A stretch of DNA of 46,878 nucleotides, from the IMG/VR virus record IMGVR_UViG_2529292735_000017. One strand, given 5' to 3'. A program made the translations under genes and the position numbers. This stretch comes from a virus (Duplodnaviria; Heunggongvirae; Uroviricota; Caudoviricetes). The notes below the pieces were generated by a model, which did no database searches, was not told the origin of the DNA, and saw nothing but the letters and a program-made list of their open reading frames with translations. Shown in pieces: positions 9,015 to 17,337 of the stretch (position 1 is its first letter; each line of letters begins with the position of its first letter).

Positions 9015-10364
9015 TTATTCCGTTTTACATATCATAGTAGTCGATTGGAGAATATAGTTTCTGGGAATGTACTCTTCAAAGTGTTCGTCCTTTTTAAATA
9101 CATGAACTACATTTGGGAATAATTGATAGTCAACAGGGTGTATAGCGTTTGGATTATGGTACATGTACATGGCTGTACACCATGGTTCTTGATAGTTAGG
9201 GTCACTTACATCGGCTGAAAATGGATGTGGGGCTGCATCCTGATCAGTTTTAACACCACTGACGTACACTTTGAATCCACTCGCCTCTACACCTGCAAGA
9301 ATTCCCATCCGGTTAAACTTAGGTATGGTTGCTTGAGTAGTGAGTAAAACGGCAGAAACATAATTATTTTGTTCTGAGCCAAAAAAGTTCGACTTGATAC
9401 TTCTATTTTCATCTGTATGTCTTTCAATAGAAATGCCTGACTCAATATCAATCCCGTACAAATAGCTATGCAAGGCTTCGCTTGAGAAGGCCATGGACAT
9501 TCTTTTTGAATAATCCTGCATTGCTATGACAAATGGTTTGTTCTTTGTATGGTTGAGTTCCCAGTAATGAACTTTCTCTGGCTCAGGGCAATGCCGGACT
9601 TTTTTTAATAAACTTCTTGCAAACTTAAAAGGCATGACATTTAGAACATGTTTTCTTAATTCATCCATCTGTTCATCGTTAATGACTTTTCTTTCAAGAG
9701 GGGCTTCTGCTTCAGCAATGCTTACAGCCTCTACAGCAATTTCCACTCCAAATTTAGATAGCAGAAAATCTGGTTGATTGTATTCTCTATTCATTTCAAA
9801 GTCGAGTTCATAAAATACAGCGTTCAAATATAATTCAAATAACCTTGAATTAAATGCATCACTTTGAAAATCCCTTATAAATATTCCATCAGGATCTTTG
9901 AACCAGTATGCAAGTTCCTCAAGAACAATATATGCAGGGAAATGAAGAGGGTCTTCGAGGAGCATTTTTATATAAACATTCCTTTTTTTCTCTGGGACTT
10001 TACTCAAGAATAATGAAAAAGGTTTGGATGATTCATCGCCTTGCATGAATGTACCATTTTGGTGCTGCGCCAGCATCTTTGGTATGTCATCGTTCAAATT
10101 ATTAAGCAAGACATCCATTGAATCAAATGAAGCCAAGACGTTTATTGCTCTGAATTTTTTATCTAAATCCCGACCTAAGACTATTGCGTTAAAATCTTTA
10201 TCAATATTGCATATGATTATTGTGGATAACAATGTTATCCCATTCCCCTCATATTTAAACCAGCGTATCTCCTCAGAAAATGTCTTAAGGTAAGGTGAGC
10301 GACCGTAAAAATAAATATCAAATTGTTCTTTGCTGATCTCACTGAAGTGTAATCCTGCGTTCAT
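9015..10364 (-). CDS. Uncharacterised 449-aa protein (orphan moron; candidate defence/accessory gene)
   Basis: Long uninterrupted ORF on the strand opposite all flanking phage genes; visibly AT-rich; no Walker A, HExxH or other motif I can assign. Confidence 0.8.
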   Translation of the reverse strand: MNAGLHFSEISKEQFDIYFYGRSPYLKTFSEEIRWFKYEGNGITLLSTIIICNIDKDFNAIVLGRDLDKKFRAINVLASFDSMDVLLNNLNDDIPKMLAQHQNGTFMQGDESSKPFSLFLSKVPEKKRNVYIKMLLEDPLHFPAYIVLEELAYWFKDPDGIFIRDFQSDAFNSRLFELYLNAVFYELDFEMNREYNQPDFLLSKFGVEIAVEAVSIAEAEAPLERKVINDEQMDELRKHVLNVMPFKFARSLLKKVRHCPEPEKVHYWELNHTKNKPFVIAMQDYSKRMSMAFSSEALHSYLYGIDIESGISIERHTDENRSIKSNFFGSEQNNYVSAVLLTTQATIPKFNRMGILAGVEASGFKVYVSGVKTDQDAAPHPFSADVSDPNYQEPWCTAMYMYHNPNAIHPVDYQLFPNVVHVFKKDEHFEEYIPRNYILQSTTMICKTE

Positions 10365-10487
10365 ACCAATTCCTTTTCAATGAATAATTGGCCTTTAGGA
10401 GTGATTCCCTTTGTCTTTAATTCAGTTCTAACTAGTTCTTTAATCCAATAGCCTAAGCTCATCATGCAGTTGGATCATAAGACAACG

Positions 10488-10514
10488 CCCTATAGTGCTC
10501 GTGATACTATAGGG
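10488..10514. repeat. Perfect 9-bp inverted repeat (CCCTATAGT-n9-ACTATAGGG)
   Basis: Read directly; about 125 bp upstream of the 449-aa ORF start; no following T-run, so more likely an operator or RNA structure than a terminator. Confidence 0.6.
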
Positions 10515-11107
10515 CATCTGACCACACTGTTAACTGGAGTAACGACTATGGCAGGAATACAGCATAACCAAACTCACCCCAAACTTACATAGCGCTTTCT
10601 GGCCGTGAGCATAACAAGGTCCACTCCTCGCTCAAAGCGGACTAGAAGGTTAGCTTGTGTCGGACTTTGCGTATTAAATGACTAGTGGTTGAGCCCCATT
10701 TCCACAGAAAAAATCAGAGAAACTATACCCAATAGTTGTATTGAATCACTGACGAGACAGCCTCATATTCATCAGGACTGGTGTACGTCCAATACAGGAG
10801 GTTGTGGTGCTGGTTCTCAAATGTGCGCTGGCTATTACGGCTGTAATGGCGATTTATTGTCTTGCTATTGTTCTTATGGATCGCCTTTCTGACTGATTTC
10901 ACATTGGCGAGGTAACGGTAGTTAAGTAGAATGGCTGCGGGTGCTTGAGGCTATCTGCCTCGGGCATGAACACCAACGGCAGATAGAGAAAAGCCCCAGT
11001 TAACATTACGCGTCCTGCAAGACGCTTAACATTAATCTGAGGCCAATTTCATGCTAGACACATGTAGGTTAGCCTCTTACGTGCCGAAAGGCAAGGAGAA
11101 GCAGGCT

Positions 11108-11263
11108 ATGAAGCAGCAAAAGGCGATGTTAATCGCCCTGATCGTCATCTGTTTAACCGTCATAGTGACGGCACTGGTAACGAGGAAAGACCTCTGCGAG
11201 GTACGAATCCGAACCGGGCAGACGGAGGTCGCTGTCTTCACAGCTTACGAACCTGAGGAGTAA
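11108..11263 (+). CDS. hokD: Hok/Gef-family type I toxin (HokD/RelF-like)
   Basis: 51 aa MKQQKAMLIALIVICLTVIVTALVTRKDLCEVRIRTGQTEVAVFTAYEPEE: a single transmembrane helix plus conserved Cys/Tyr tail typical of Hok; AGGAGAAG RBS. Confidence 0.85.
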   Translation: MKQQKAMLIALIVICLTVIVTALVTRKDLCEVRIRTGQTEVAVFTAYEPEE

Positions 11264-11332
11264 GAGACCCGGCGAGGGAGAAATCCCTCGCCACCTCTGA
11301 TGTGGCAGGCATCCTCAACGCACCCGCACTTA

Positions 11333-11352
11333 ACCCGCTTCGGCGGGTTTTT
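11333..11352 (+). terminator. Intrinsic terminator downstream of hok
   Basis: ACCCGC-TTCG-GCGGGT stem-loop followed by a T-run; preceded by a second hairpin GGCGAGGG…CCCTCGCC. Confidence 0.5.
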
Positions 11353-11479
11353 GTTTTTATTTTCAACGCGTTTGAAGTTCTGGACGGTGCCGGAATAGAA
11401 TCAAAAATACTTAAGTAGCGCGCAGGGATAAGAGGGATGGTCCCTTAAAGGGGAGAGCTAATTATCCGGAAGGATTCTG

Positions 11480-11731
11480 ATGATGAACATCGAAGAACTG
11501 CGTAAAATTTTTTGTGAAGATGGCCTCTATGCGGTGTGCGTTGAAAATGGAAATCTTGTTAGTCATTACCGCATTATGTGTTTGCGAAAGAATGGGGCTG
11601 CGTTAATTAATTTTGTGGATGGTCGAGTGACAGACGGATTTATCTTGCGCGAAGGTGAGTTTGTCACTTCATTACAGGCACTGAAAGAGATCGGAATAAA
11701 AGCAGGCTTTTCAGCTTTTGCAGAAGAATAA
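11480..11731 (+). CDS. rem: Rem-like hypothetical protein
   Basis: 83-aa ORF; size and position next to hok and ydfU match Qin rem; identity from memory. Confidence 0.55.
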   Translation: MMNIEELRKIFCEDGLYAVCVENGNLVSHYRIMCLRKNGAALINFVDGRVTDGFILREGEFVTSLQALKEIGIKAGFSAFAEE

Positions 11732-11797
11732 ACTCATCTACAATCTTGCGCGGGGCTGAACTCCCGCTGAGTAACACCGTGCCACCGGAGAAAACCG

Positions 11798-12076
11798 ATG
11801 GCACGCAACGTAAAATATTACAATTCTGATAATTCGCCCGTTCTTGCCTGCACGCACGAGCGGTATTCTCACGCATTCAAGTCTGAATGGTTCCAACACC
11901 CTCCATGCACTGAAGAGCAGGCTGAATGGATAATTCAGTGTTACCGCAGGCGCGGATACGAGGTTAAGAAAGCCCTTAGTCTCGACTACCGTCACTGGAT
12001 AATCTCAGTCAGATTGCCTTACTCCGAACGCCCACCACGTGCGTCCCGCACTTTCCAGCAACGGATCTGGAGGTAA
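11798..12076 (+). CDS. Hypothetical small protein
   Basis: 92-aa ORF ending 2 nt before the ydfU GTG start; weak RBS; coding status uncertain. Confidence 0.35.
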   Translation: MARNVKYYNSDNSPVLACTHERYSHAFKSEWFQHPPCTEEQAEWIIQCYRRRGYEVKKALSLDYRHWIISVRLPYSERPPRASRTFQQRIWR

Positions 12077-12077
12077 C

Positions 12078-13127
12078 GTGCGGGTATTACTTAGACCTGT
12101 TCTGGTGCCTGAGCTTGGGCTGGTGGTCCTTAAGCCGGGCCGTGAATCCATACAGATATTTCATAATCCTCGAGTGCTGGTGGAACCGGAACCAAAAAGC
12201 ATGCGTAATCTGCCATCCGGAGTCGTTCCTGCCGTTGGCCAGCCGCTGGCGGAAGACAAAACATTGCTGCCGTTTTTTAGTAACGAACGGGTGATTCGTG
12301 CTGCTGGCGGCGTTGGCGCATTGTCTGACTGGCTATTACGTCATGTTACATCCTGCCAGTGGCCTAATGGAGATTACCATCACACTGAAACAGTCATTCA
12401 CCGTTATGGTACCGGCGCAATGGTGTTGTGTTGGCACTGCGACAACCAACTGCGTGACCAGACATCGGAATCACTGGAGCTGCTTGCTCAACAAAATCTG
12501 ACAGCATGGGTGATTGACGTCATCCGTCACGCAATAAGCGGTACGCAGGAGCGGGAATTATCTTTGGCTGAATTATCCTGGTGGGCGGTCTGCAATCAGG
12601 TGGTGGATGCACTACCTGAGGCTGTATCGCGTCGTTCGCTGGGATTACCAGCGGAAAAAATCTGCTCGGTGTACCGCGAAAGCGACATCGTACCGGGAGA
12701 GCAGACCGCCACCAGCATACTGAAACAGCGCACAAAAAATCTTGCGCCGCTGCCTCACGCCCACCAGCAACAGAACCCACCACAGGAAAAGACGGTGGTC
12801 AGCATTGCCGTTGATCCTGAGTCTCCGGAATCTTTCATGAAACGACCTAAACGTCGCCGCTGGGTTAACGAGAAATACAAACGCTGGGTGAAGACACAGC
12901 CGTGTGCGTGTTGTGGTAAGCCAGCCGACGATCCCCATCACCTGATTGGTCATGGTCAGGGCGGAATGGGGACAAAATCTCACGATATTTTCACGCTACC
13001 GCTGTGTCGGGAGCATCACAACGAGCTTCATGCGGATCCTCTGGCGTTCGAAGAAAAGCATGGTTCTCAGGTTGATTTAATTTTTCGTTTTCTTGATCAC
13101 GCCTTTGCAACTGGCGTGCTTGGGTAA
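12078..13127 (+). CDS. ydfU: YdfU-like DUF968-family protein with C-terminal Cys/His (HNH-like) motif
   Basis: GTG start at 12078 with perfect GGAGG RBS gives 349 aa; C-terminal …CACCGK…HHLIGHGQGG…CREHHNELH. Confidence 0.8.
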   Translation: MRVLLRPVLVPELGLVVLKPGRESIQIFHNPRVLVEPEPKSMRNLPSGVVPAVGQPLAEDKTLLPFFSNERVIRAAGGVGALSDWLLRHVTSCQWPNGDYHHTETVIHRYGTGAMVLCWHCDNQLRDQTSESLELLAQQNLTAWVIDVIRHAISGTQERELSLAELSWWAVCNQVVDALPEAVSRRSLGLPAEKICSVYRESDIVPGEQTATSILKQRTKNLAPLPHAHQQQNPPQEKTVVSIAVDPESPESFMKRPKRRRWVNEKYKRWVKTQPCACCGKPADDPHHLIGHGQGGMGTKSHDIFTLPLCREHHNELHADPLAFEEKHGSQVDLIFRFLDHAFATGVLG

Positions 13128-13139
13128 AAGAGGTGACTG

Positions 13140-13496
13140 ATGCTCATAGATTTGGTTTTACCTTACCCGCCGACGGTGAACACTTACTGGCGACGCCGTG
13201 GCAGCACATATTTTATCTCGGAGGAGGGAAAGCGTTATCGCCGGGCTGTGGCGCTTATTGTTCGCCAGCAGCGGCTGAAATTAAGCCTGTCCGGAAGGCT
13301 GGCGATAAAGGTGATTGCAGAGCCACCGGATAAGCGTCGTCGCGACCTGGACAATATCCTGAAAGCACCGCTGGATGCGCTGACGCATGCGGGAGTGTTA
13401 ATGGACGATGAGCAGTTTGATGAAATCAATATCGTTCGTGGTCAGCCAGTATCTGGCGGACGTCTGGGGGTGAAGATTTACCCCATAATGCATTAA
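13140..13496 (+). CDS. rusA: Holliday junction resolvase RusA
   Basis: 118 aa; …RRRDLDNILKAPLDALTHAGVLMDDEQ… resembles the RusA catalytic core. Confidence 0.85.
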   Translation: MLIDLVLPYPPTVNTYWRRRGSTYFISEEGKRYRRAVALIVRQQRLKLSLSGRLAIKVIAEPPDKRRRDLDNILKAPLDALTHAGVLMDDEQFDEINIVRGQPVSGGRLGVKIYPIMH

Positions 13497-13510
13497 GAGC
13501 AGGTCAAAAA

Positions 13511-14332
13511 ATGAAACTGGAAGATTTACCGAAATACTACTCCCCAAAATCCCCTGGCCTGACCGATGCATCGGCCTCAACGTCAAAAGATGCGCTGAGT
13601 ATCACTGATGTGATGGCCGCGCAGGGCATGACACAGAATCGGGCTGAGATGGTTTTTTCTGCGTTCCTGGGGAAAATGGGCATCAGTATGAATGACAGGG
13701 CGCGGGCAACAGAATTACTGGCAGATTATGCACTCAGTCGGTGCGATCGTGTGGCGGCGTTGAGAAAACTTCCGGCAGAAATAAAACCGGTAGTGATGCG
13801 CATTATGGCTTCGTACGCTTTTGAGGATTATGCCCGCAGCGCAGCGAGTAAAAAGCAGTGCCCTTGTTGCTATGGGGAAAAATTTATTGAAAGCATAGTT
13901 TTTACAAACAAGGTCCAGTATCCGGATGGTAAGCCGCCGGTATGGGCAAAGTGTACGAAAGGTGTGTATCCGTCTTACTGGGAAGAATGGAAAAAAGTCA
14001 GGGAGGTGGTAAAAGTTGCCTGTCCGGAGTGTGGCGGAAAGGGTGAGGTTTCCACCGCCTGTAAGGATTGCCGTGGGCGTGGTGTCGCCATTCATCGTGA
14101 AGAGTCGGTAAAACGTGGTATGCCTGTTGTCAGAGACTGCCAGCGTTGTGGTGGTCGTGGCTATGAAAGACTACCATCAACGGAGGCATTTAATGCTATA
14201 TGCGAGGTGACAAACCAGATAACACGCGCGTCATGGGAAAAAACAGTTAAGAAATTCTATGATGCGCTGGTGACCCGGTTTGATATTGAAGAAGCATGGG
14301 CTGAGCGGCAGTTAAAAAAGGTAACTAGGTAA
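13511..14332 (+). CDS. Late-gene antitermination protein Q
   Basis: 273 aa with CxxC…CxxC zinc-binding clusters; immediately upstream of a pR'-like promoter and terminator. Confidence 0.8.
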   Translation: MKLEDLPKYYSPKSPGLTDASASTSKDALSITDVMAAQGMTQNRAEMVFSAFLGKMGISMNDRARATELLADYALSRCDRVAALRKLPAEIKPVVMRIMASYAFEDYARSAASKKQCPCCYGEKFIESIVFTNKVQYPDGKPPVWAKCTKGVYPSYWEEWKKVREVVKVACPECGGKGEVSTACKDCRGRGVAIHREESVKRGMPVVRDCQRCGGRGYERLPSTEAFNAICEVTNQITRASWEKTVKKFYDALVTRFDIEEAWAERQLKKVTR

Positions 14333-14337
14333 CAAGG

Positions 14338-14365
14338 TTGATTTTTCCGGAATCTGTGGTAAATT
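14338..14365 (+). promoter_or_regulatory. Putative late promoter pR'
   Basis: TTGATT (-35, 14338-14343), 16-nt spacer, TGgTAAATT extended -10 (14357-14365), directly after the Q stop. Confidence 0.5.
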
Positions 14366-14414
14366 CGTCATAATGATGGGCTTTTTATGCCTGACGTTAG
14401 AAGAGTTTCTACAA

Positions 14415-14436
14415 CCCGCCGCCGAGCGGGTTTTTT
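14415..14436 (+). terminator. Putative tR' intrinsic terminator
   Basis: CCCGC-cgccga-GCGGG hairpin followed by TTTTTT, about 50 nt downstream of the promoter. Confidence 0.5.
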
Positions 14437-14476
14437 ATTGCGGAATTAATTACGGACCGTTATTATTCTGCTCCCG

Positions 14477-14552
14477 GCCCTTTAGCTCAGTGGTGAGAGC
14501 GAGCGACTCATAATCGCCAGGTCGCTGGTTCAAATCCAGCAAGGGCCACCAT
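14477..14552 (+). tRNA. tRNA, anticodon CAT (ileX/ileZ-like tRNA-Ile2; Met not excluded by anticodon alone)
   Basis: 76 nt with 7-bp acceptor stem GGCCCTT/AAGGGCC, anticodon loop cTCATAa, GGTTCAAATCC T-arm, 3' CCA; closely resembles remembered E. coli ileX. Confidence 0.85.
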
Positions 14553-14651
14553 CACAAACCGCCATTAGCTTATCAGGAAGAGCAGACGACACGATAACAG
14601 GGTTGTTGGTGCGGGGGCGGGTCCCCGATGGCGGTCCATTATCGGTATTCA

Positions 14652-14728
14652 GCGTTGTTAGCTCAGCCGGACAGAGCAATTGCCTTCTAAGCAATCGGTC
14701 ACTGGTTCGAATCCAGTACAGCGCGCCA
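14652..14728 (+). tRNA. tRNA-Arg (anticodon TCT)
   Basis: 77 nt; acceptor stem GCGTTGT/ACAGCGC, anticodon loop CTTCTAA, GGTTCGAATCC T-arm, 3' CCA. Confidence 0.85.
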
Positions 14729-14865
14729 TATTCATTCTTCCAGATTCCTTCCGGCAGAGCCTTATACTGGAATATACCTGGCTCAGGATATTGTTGAAAA
14801 CATAATATGTTTGTCAAAAATAAAAGTTCTGTTAAGTATTGATTGAGTGTTTGTTATACGGTCTA

Positions 14866-15192
14866 ATGGTTTTTTCAGCATTAAATATTTATCATTCATA
14901 TGGTGTGGGTAGAGTGAATATTGATGAGGCGTCGGGGTGTTTCATCCTTAGGCAGCGCATTGATATAGTCAATGCAGCACGAGCAAAGGCCTTCAGCCGT
15001 TTGACAGTTTTGTTCTGTGCTCCTGATCGTCTTTCGGGAAGAGACGTTATTATTCTGAATAGTGATGCTATACAGAGGGTTTGCGATGAGTTCATGGTTG
15101 CTAATTCAGAATTATTTGCTCTTGTTCAGGAGTACAACAGAATAGCCAGGACCTGTGGTATGGATGAACTTCGGATTACTCATCTGGGGTAG
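14866..15192 (+). CDS. Hypothetical protein (late-region cargo)
   Basis: ORF with first ATG at 14866 and no convincing RBS; between the tRNAs and the lipoprotein genes. Confidence 0.35.
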   Translation: MVFSALNIYHSYGVGRVNIDEASGCFILRQRIDIVNAARAKAFSRLTVLFCAPDRLSGRDVIILNSDAIQRVCDEFMVANSELFALVQEYNRIARTCGMDELRITHLG

Positions 15193-15725
15193 ATACATAT
15201 CTGGATTATCACCTGTTACGGTAAAAAGTGATTGCTTACTGTTTTTGTGAATGGCATTGCAGCAGCCGGATAATGTCAGTGCTGGCTGACGGTGTGCTGG
15301 TGGCGGGTGTGGTGGTTGTTGCTTTCCCGTTGCTGAAAAAGAAAACGCCAGACTGTTAGCCGGGTATCAGTTAGCGGGAGAAATTTTTAAATACTTCACA
15401 ATTCAGGCGGTTGACTGTTCTCTGGTTTGCGGGGAGTTTGTTAAAAGAAACTGGCATGGTGAATCCCCCTGTGCGGAGGGGCAATCAGCGAGTAGGTATA
15501 TGGGATAATCGCGGATTCAGGTGCTGGTACTGAATTCACCGGGAGGCACCCGGCACCATGCACTTCAATAGATTCTCTCCACATTATGGATATTCTTTCA
15601 GAATATCCCACGCAGACTTTGTGTAAATGTTAACAAATGTGCGTTTTATTTGATCTGATTCGCTGTTTGAGCGTCCAAAACAACGGTATATATAATCCTT
15701 TACTATATGACATATGTGAGGAAAA

Positions 15726-16154
15726 ATGGGTTTTCGTAGCGCATCAATTCTTACGTTGATTATTAGTGGGATTATTATCGGGTGCACTGATGCTGTATCG
15801 ACAAATTATCATGACCGTACATCATATTACTCCGATAAAGCAATAGAGACACAGTATGTGAGTTCATCTGAACGTACTTCTGATGTTAGTGAGGATATCC
15901 GTCTGTATGCCCATCAAATCAAGAGCGCCATCGAAAAACAGTTCGGGGATGCGAGTAAGTATTCAGGAAAAGAGTGTACACTGAGAATGCATATGGCCCC
16001 GAATGGCCTTCTACTGGAGGTTAAAAGAGAAAGTGGAGACCTCGATTTATGTCGTGAAGCGATGAATGCGATAAAGAATGCTGATATACCTGCCCCCCCT
16101 TCGCCGGAAGTATATAAAGTATTTCAAAATGGGGTGCTGGATTTTAAACCCTGA
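15726..16154 (+). CDS. Lipoprotein with TolA C-terminal (domain III)-like domain
   Basis: Signal peptide with lipobox IIGC; C-terminal …YAHQIKSAIEKQFGDASKYSGKECTLRMHMAPNGLLLEVKRESGDLDLCREAMNAIKNADIPAPPSPEVYKVFQNGVLDFKP closely parallels the remembered E. coli TolA C-terminus. Confidence 0.8.
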   Translation: MGFRSASILTLIISGIIIGCTDAVSTNYHDRTSYYSDKAIETQYVSSSERTSDVSEDIRLYAHQIKSAIEKQFGDASKYSGKECTLRMHMAPNGLLLEVKRESGDLDLCREAMNAIKNADIPAPPSPEVYKVFQNGVLDFKP

Positions 16155-16304
16155 TATTTATTGTTTTGTAATAAACGGTTTCGGCTTAGGTTTGTTCTGA
16201 CACAACTACGGCACTGAGCTAAATTTAGCGGATAGTCAGCTCTGAGCCAGTGGCGGACGTAACAACTACTATTGCTGAGATTTTAATGGATTGAGGAGCA
16301 AGAA

Positions 16305-16700
16305 GTGGGATTAAAGAAAATCGTTATGTTGACTTTTTGGGTCGGTTTTGTTGCGGGATGCACACCTTTACACCCTTCAGATTGCCACAAAACTACTGCT
16401 ACAGGTAGTTGCAGTTCAGGACGCTGGGATGATCAGGATGAATGGGGGGCGCAAGCGCGGGGAATCAGAGCTGCAATTAATGCCAAACTTGATGAGCCGC
16501 ATAACTGGAAAGGGAAAAAATGCAGGTTGCATATGGAATTCTCTCAGGATGGCACGGCGTTAAAAATATCTACCAGTAACGGTGATAAAGCCTATTGCGA
16601 AGCGATAAAGTCCGCAGCTCATAAAGCCAAATTTCCGGCCTTCAACAATCCGGAAGTCTACAGAGATTTTCAGAAATCTGGCTTTGACATGCGAGGTTAG
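16305..16700 (+). CDS. Paralogous lipoprotein with TolA C-terminal-like domain
   Basis: GTG start with GAGGAG RBS; lipobox VAGC; shares the C…C…PEVY…FQ…G(F/L)D(F/M) pattern with the upstream paralogue. Confidence 0.75.
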   Translation: MGLKKIVMLTFWVGFVAGCTPLHPSDCHKTTATGSCSSGRWDDQDEWGAQARGIRAAINAKLDEPHNWKGKKCRLHMEFSQDGTALKISTSNGDKAYCEAIKSAAHKAKFPAFNNPEVYRDFQKSGFDMRG

Positions 16701-17007
16701 CTCTTCAATTACTATATCTCATTCATAGCAAACTGACAGATTTGATGATGTTCTATATACGAAACCTGTGATGTCAAGTCTGAGCTAATACAAATAAACA
16801 TAATATCAGAGAAATACATTTTATTAGCTCGCTACGGCGAGCTTTTTATATTGCATCGTCTCCAGCATATATATCAATTAAGGCTCTGATTGATGTGTCT
16901 GGAAGCCTACACATAATAGACTGGCCCCCTGAATCTCCAGACAACCAATATCACTTAAATAAGTGATAGTCTTAATACTAGTTTTTAGACTAGTCATTGG
17001 AGAGCAG

Positions 17008-17337
17008 ATGATTGATGTCTTAGGACCGGAGAAACGCAGACGGCGTACTACACAGGAAAAGATCGCTATTGTTCAGCAGAGTTTTGAACCGGGAATGACG
17101 GTCTCCCTTGTTGCCCGGCAACACGGTGTGGCAGCCAGCCAGTTATTTCTCTGGCGCAAGCAATACCAGGAGGGAAGTCTTACTGCTGTGGCCGCAGGAG
17201 AGCAGGTCGTTCCTGCCTCTGAACTTGCTGCTGCCATGAAGCAGATTAAGAACTCCAGCGCCTGCTCGGCAAAAAAACGATGGAAAATGAACTCCTTAAA
17301 GAAGCCGTTGAATACGGGCGTGCAAAAAAGTGGATAG
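17008..17337 (+). CDS. insC: IS2 transposase OrfA (InsC), C-terminus apparently frame-altered
   Basis: [41 protein letters not shown]… matches InsC up to …AAMKQIK, then diverges from my recollection, consistent with a 1-nt deletion. Confidence 0.7.

Noticed and set aside
10689-10892. 67-aa ORF with a Cys/Gly/Tyr-rich C-terminus (…GGCGAGSQMCAGYYGCNGDLLSCYCSYGSPF) resembling a microcin or RiPP core
   Set aside because: It begins at a TTG, the only AGGAGG lies 21 nt from the first in-frame ATG, and no maturation or export genes are nearby. Most likely a chance ORF in a regulatory leader, though not excluded.
12039-12077. ATG at 12039 as the ydfU start (362-aa product)
   Set aside because: The GTG at 12078 has a perfect GGAGG ribosome-binding site and gives 349 aa. 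The longer form would overlap the upstream ORF and add an atypical N-terminus.
14553-14651. Possible third tRNA between the two tRNAs, as in ileZ-argN-argO arrays
   Set aside because: No acceptor stem, T-arm GTTC motif or CCA end could be found in the spacer.
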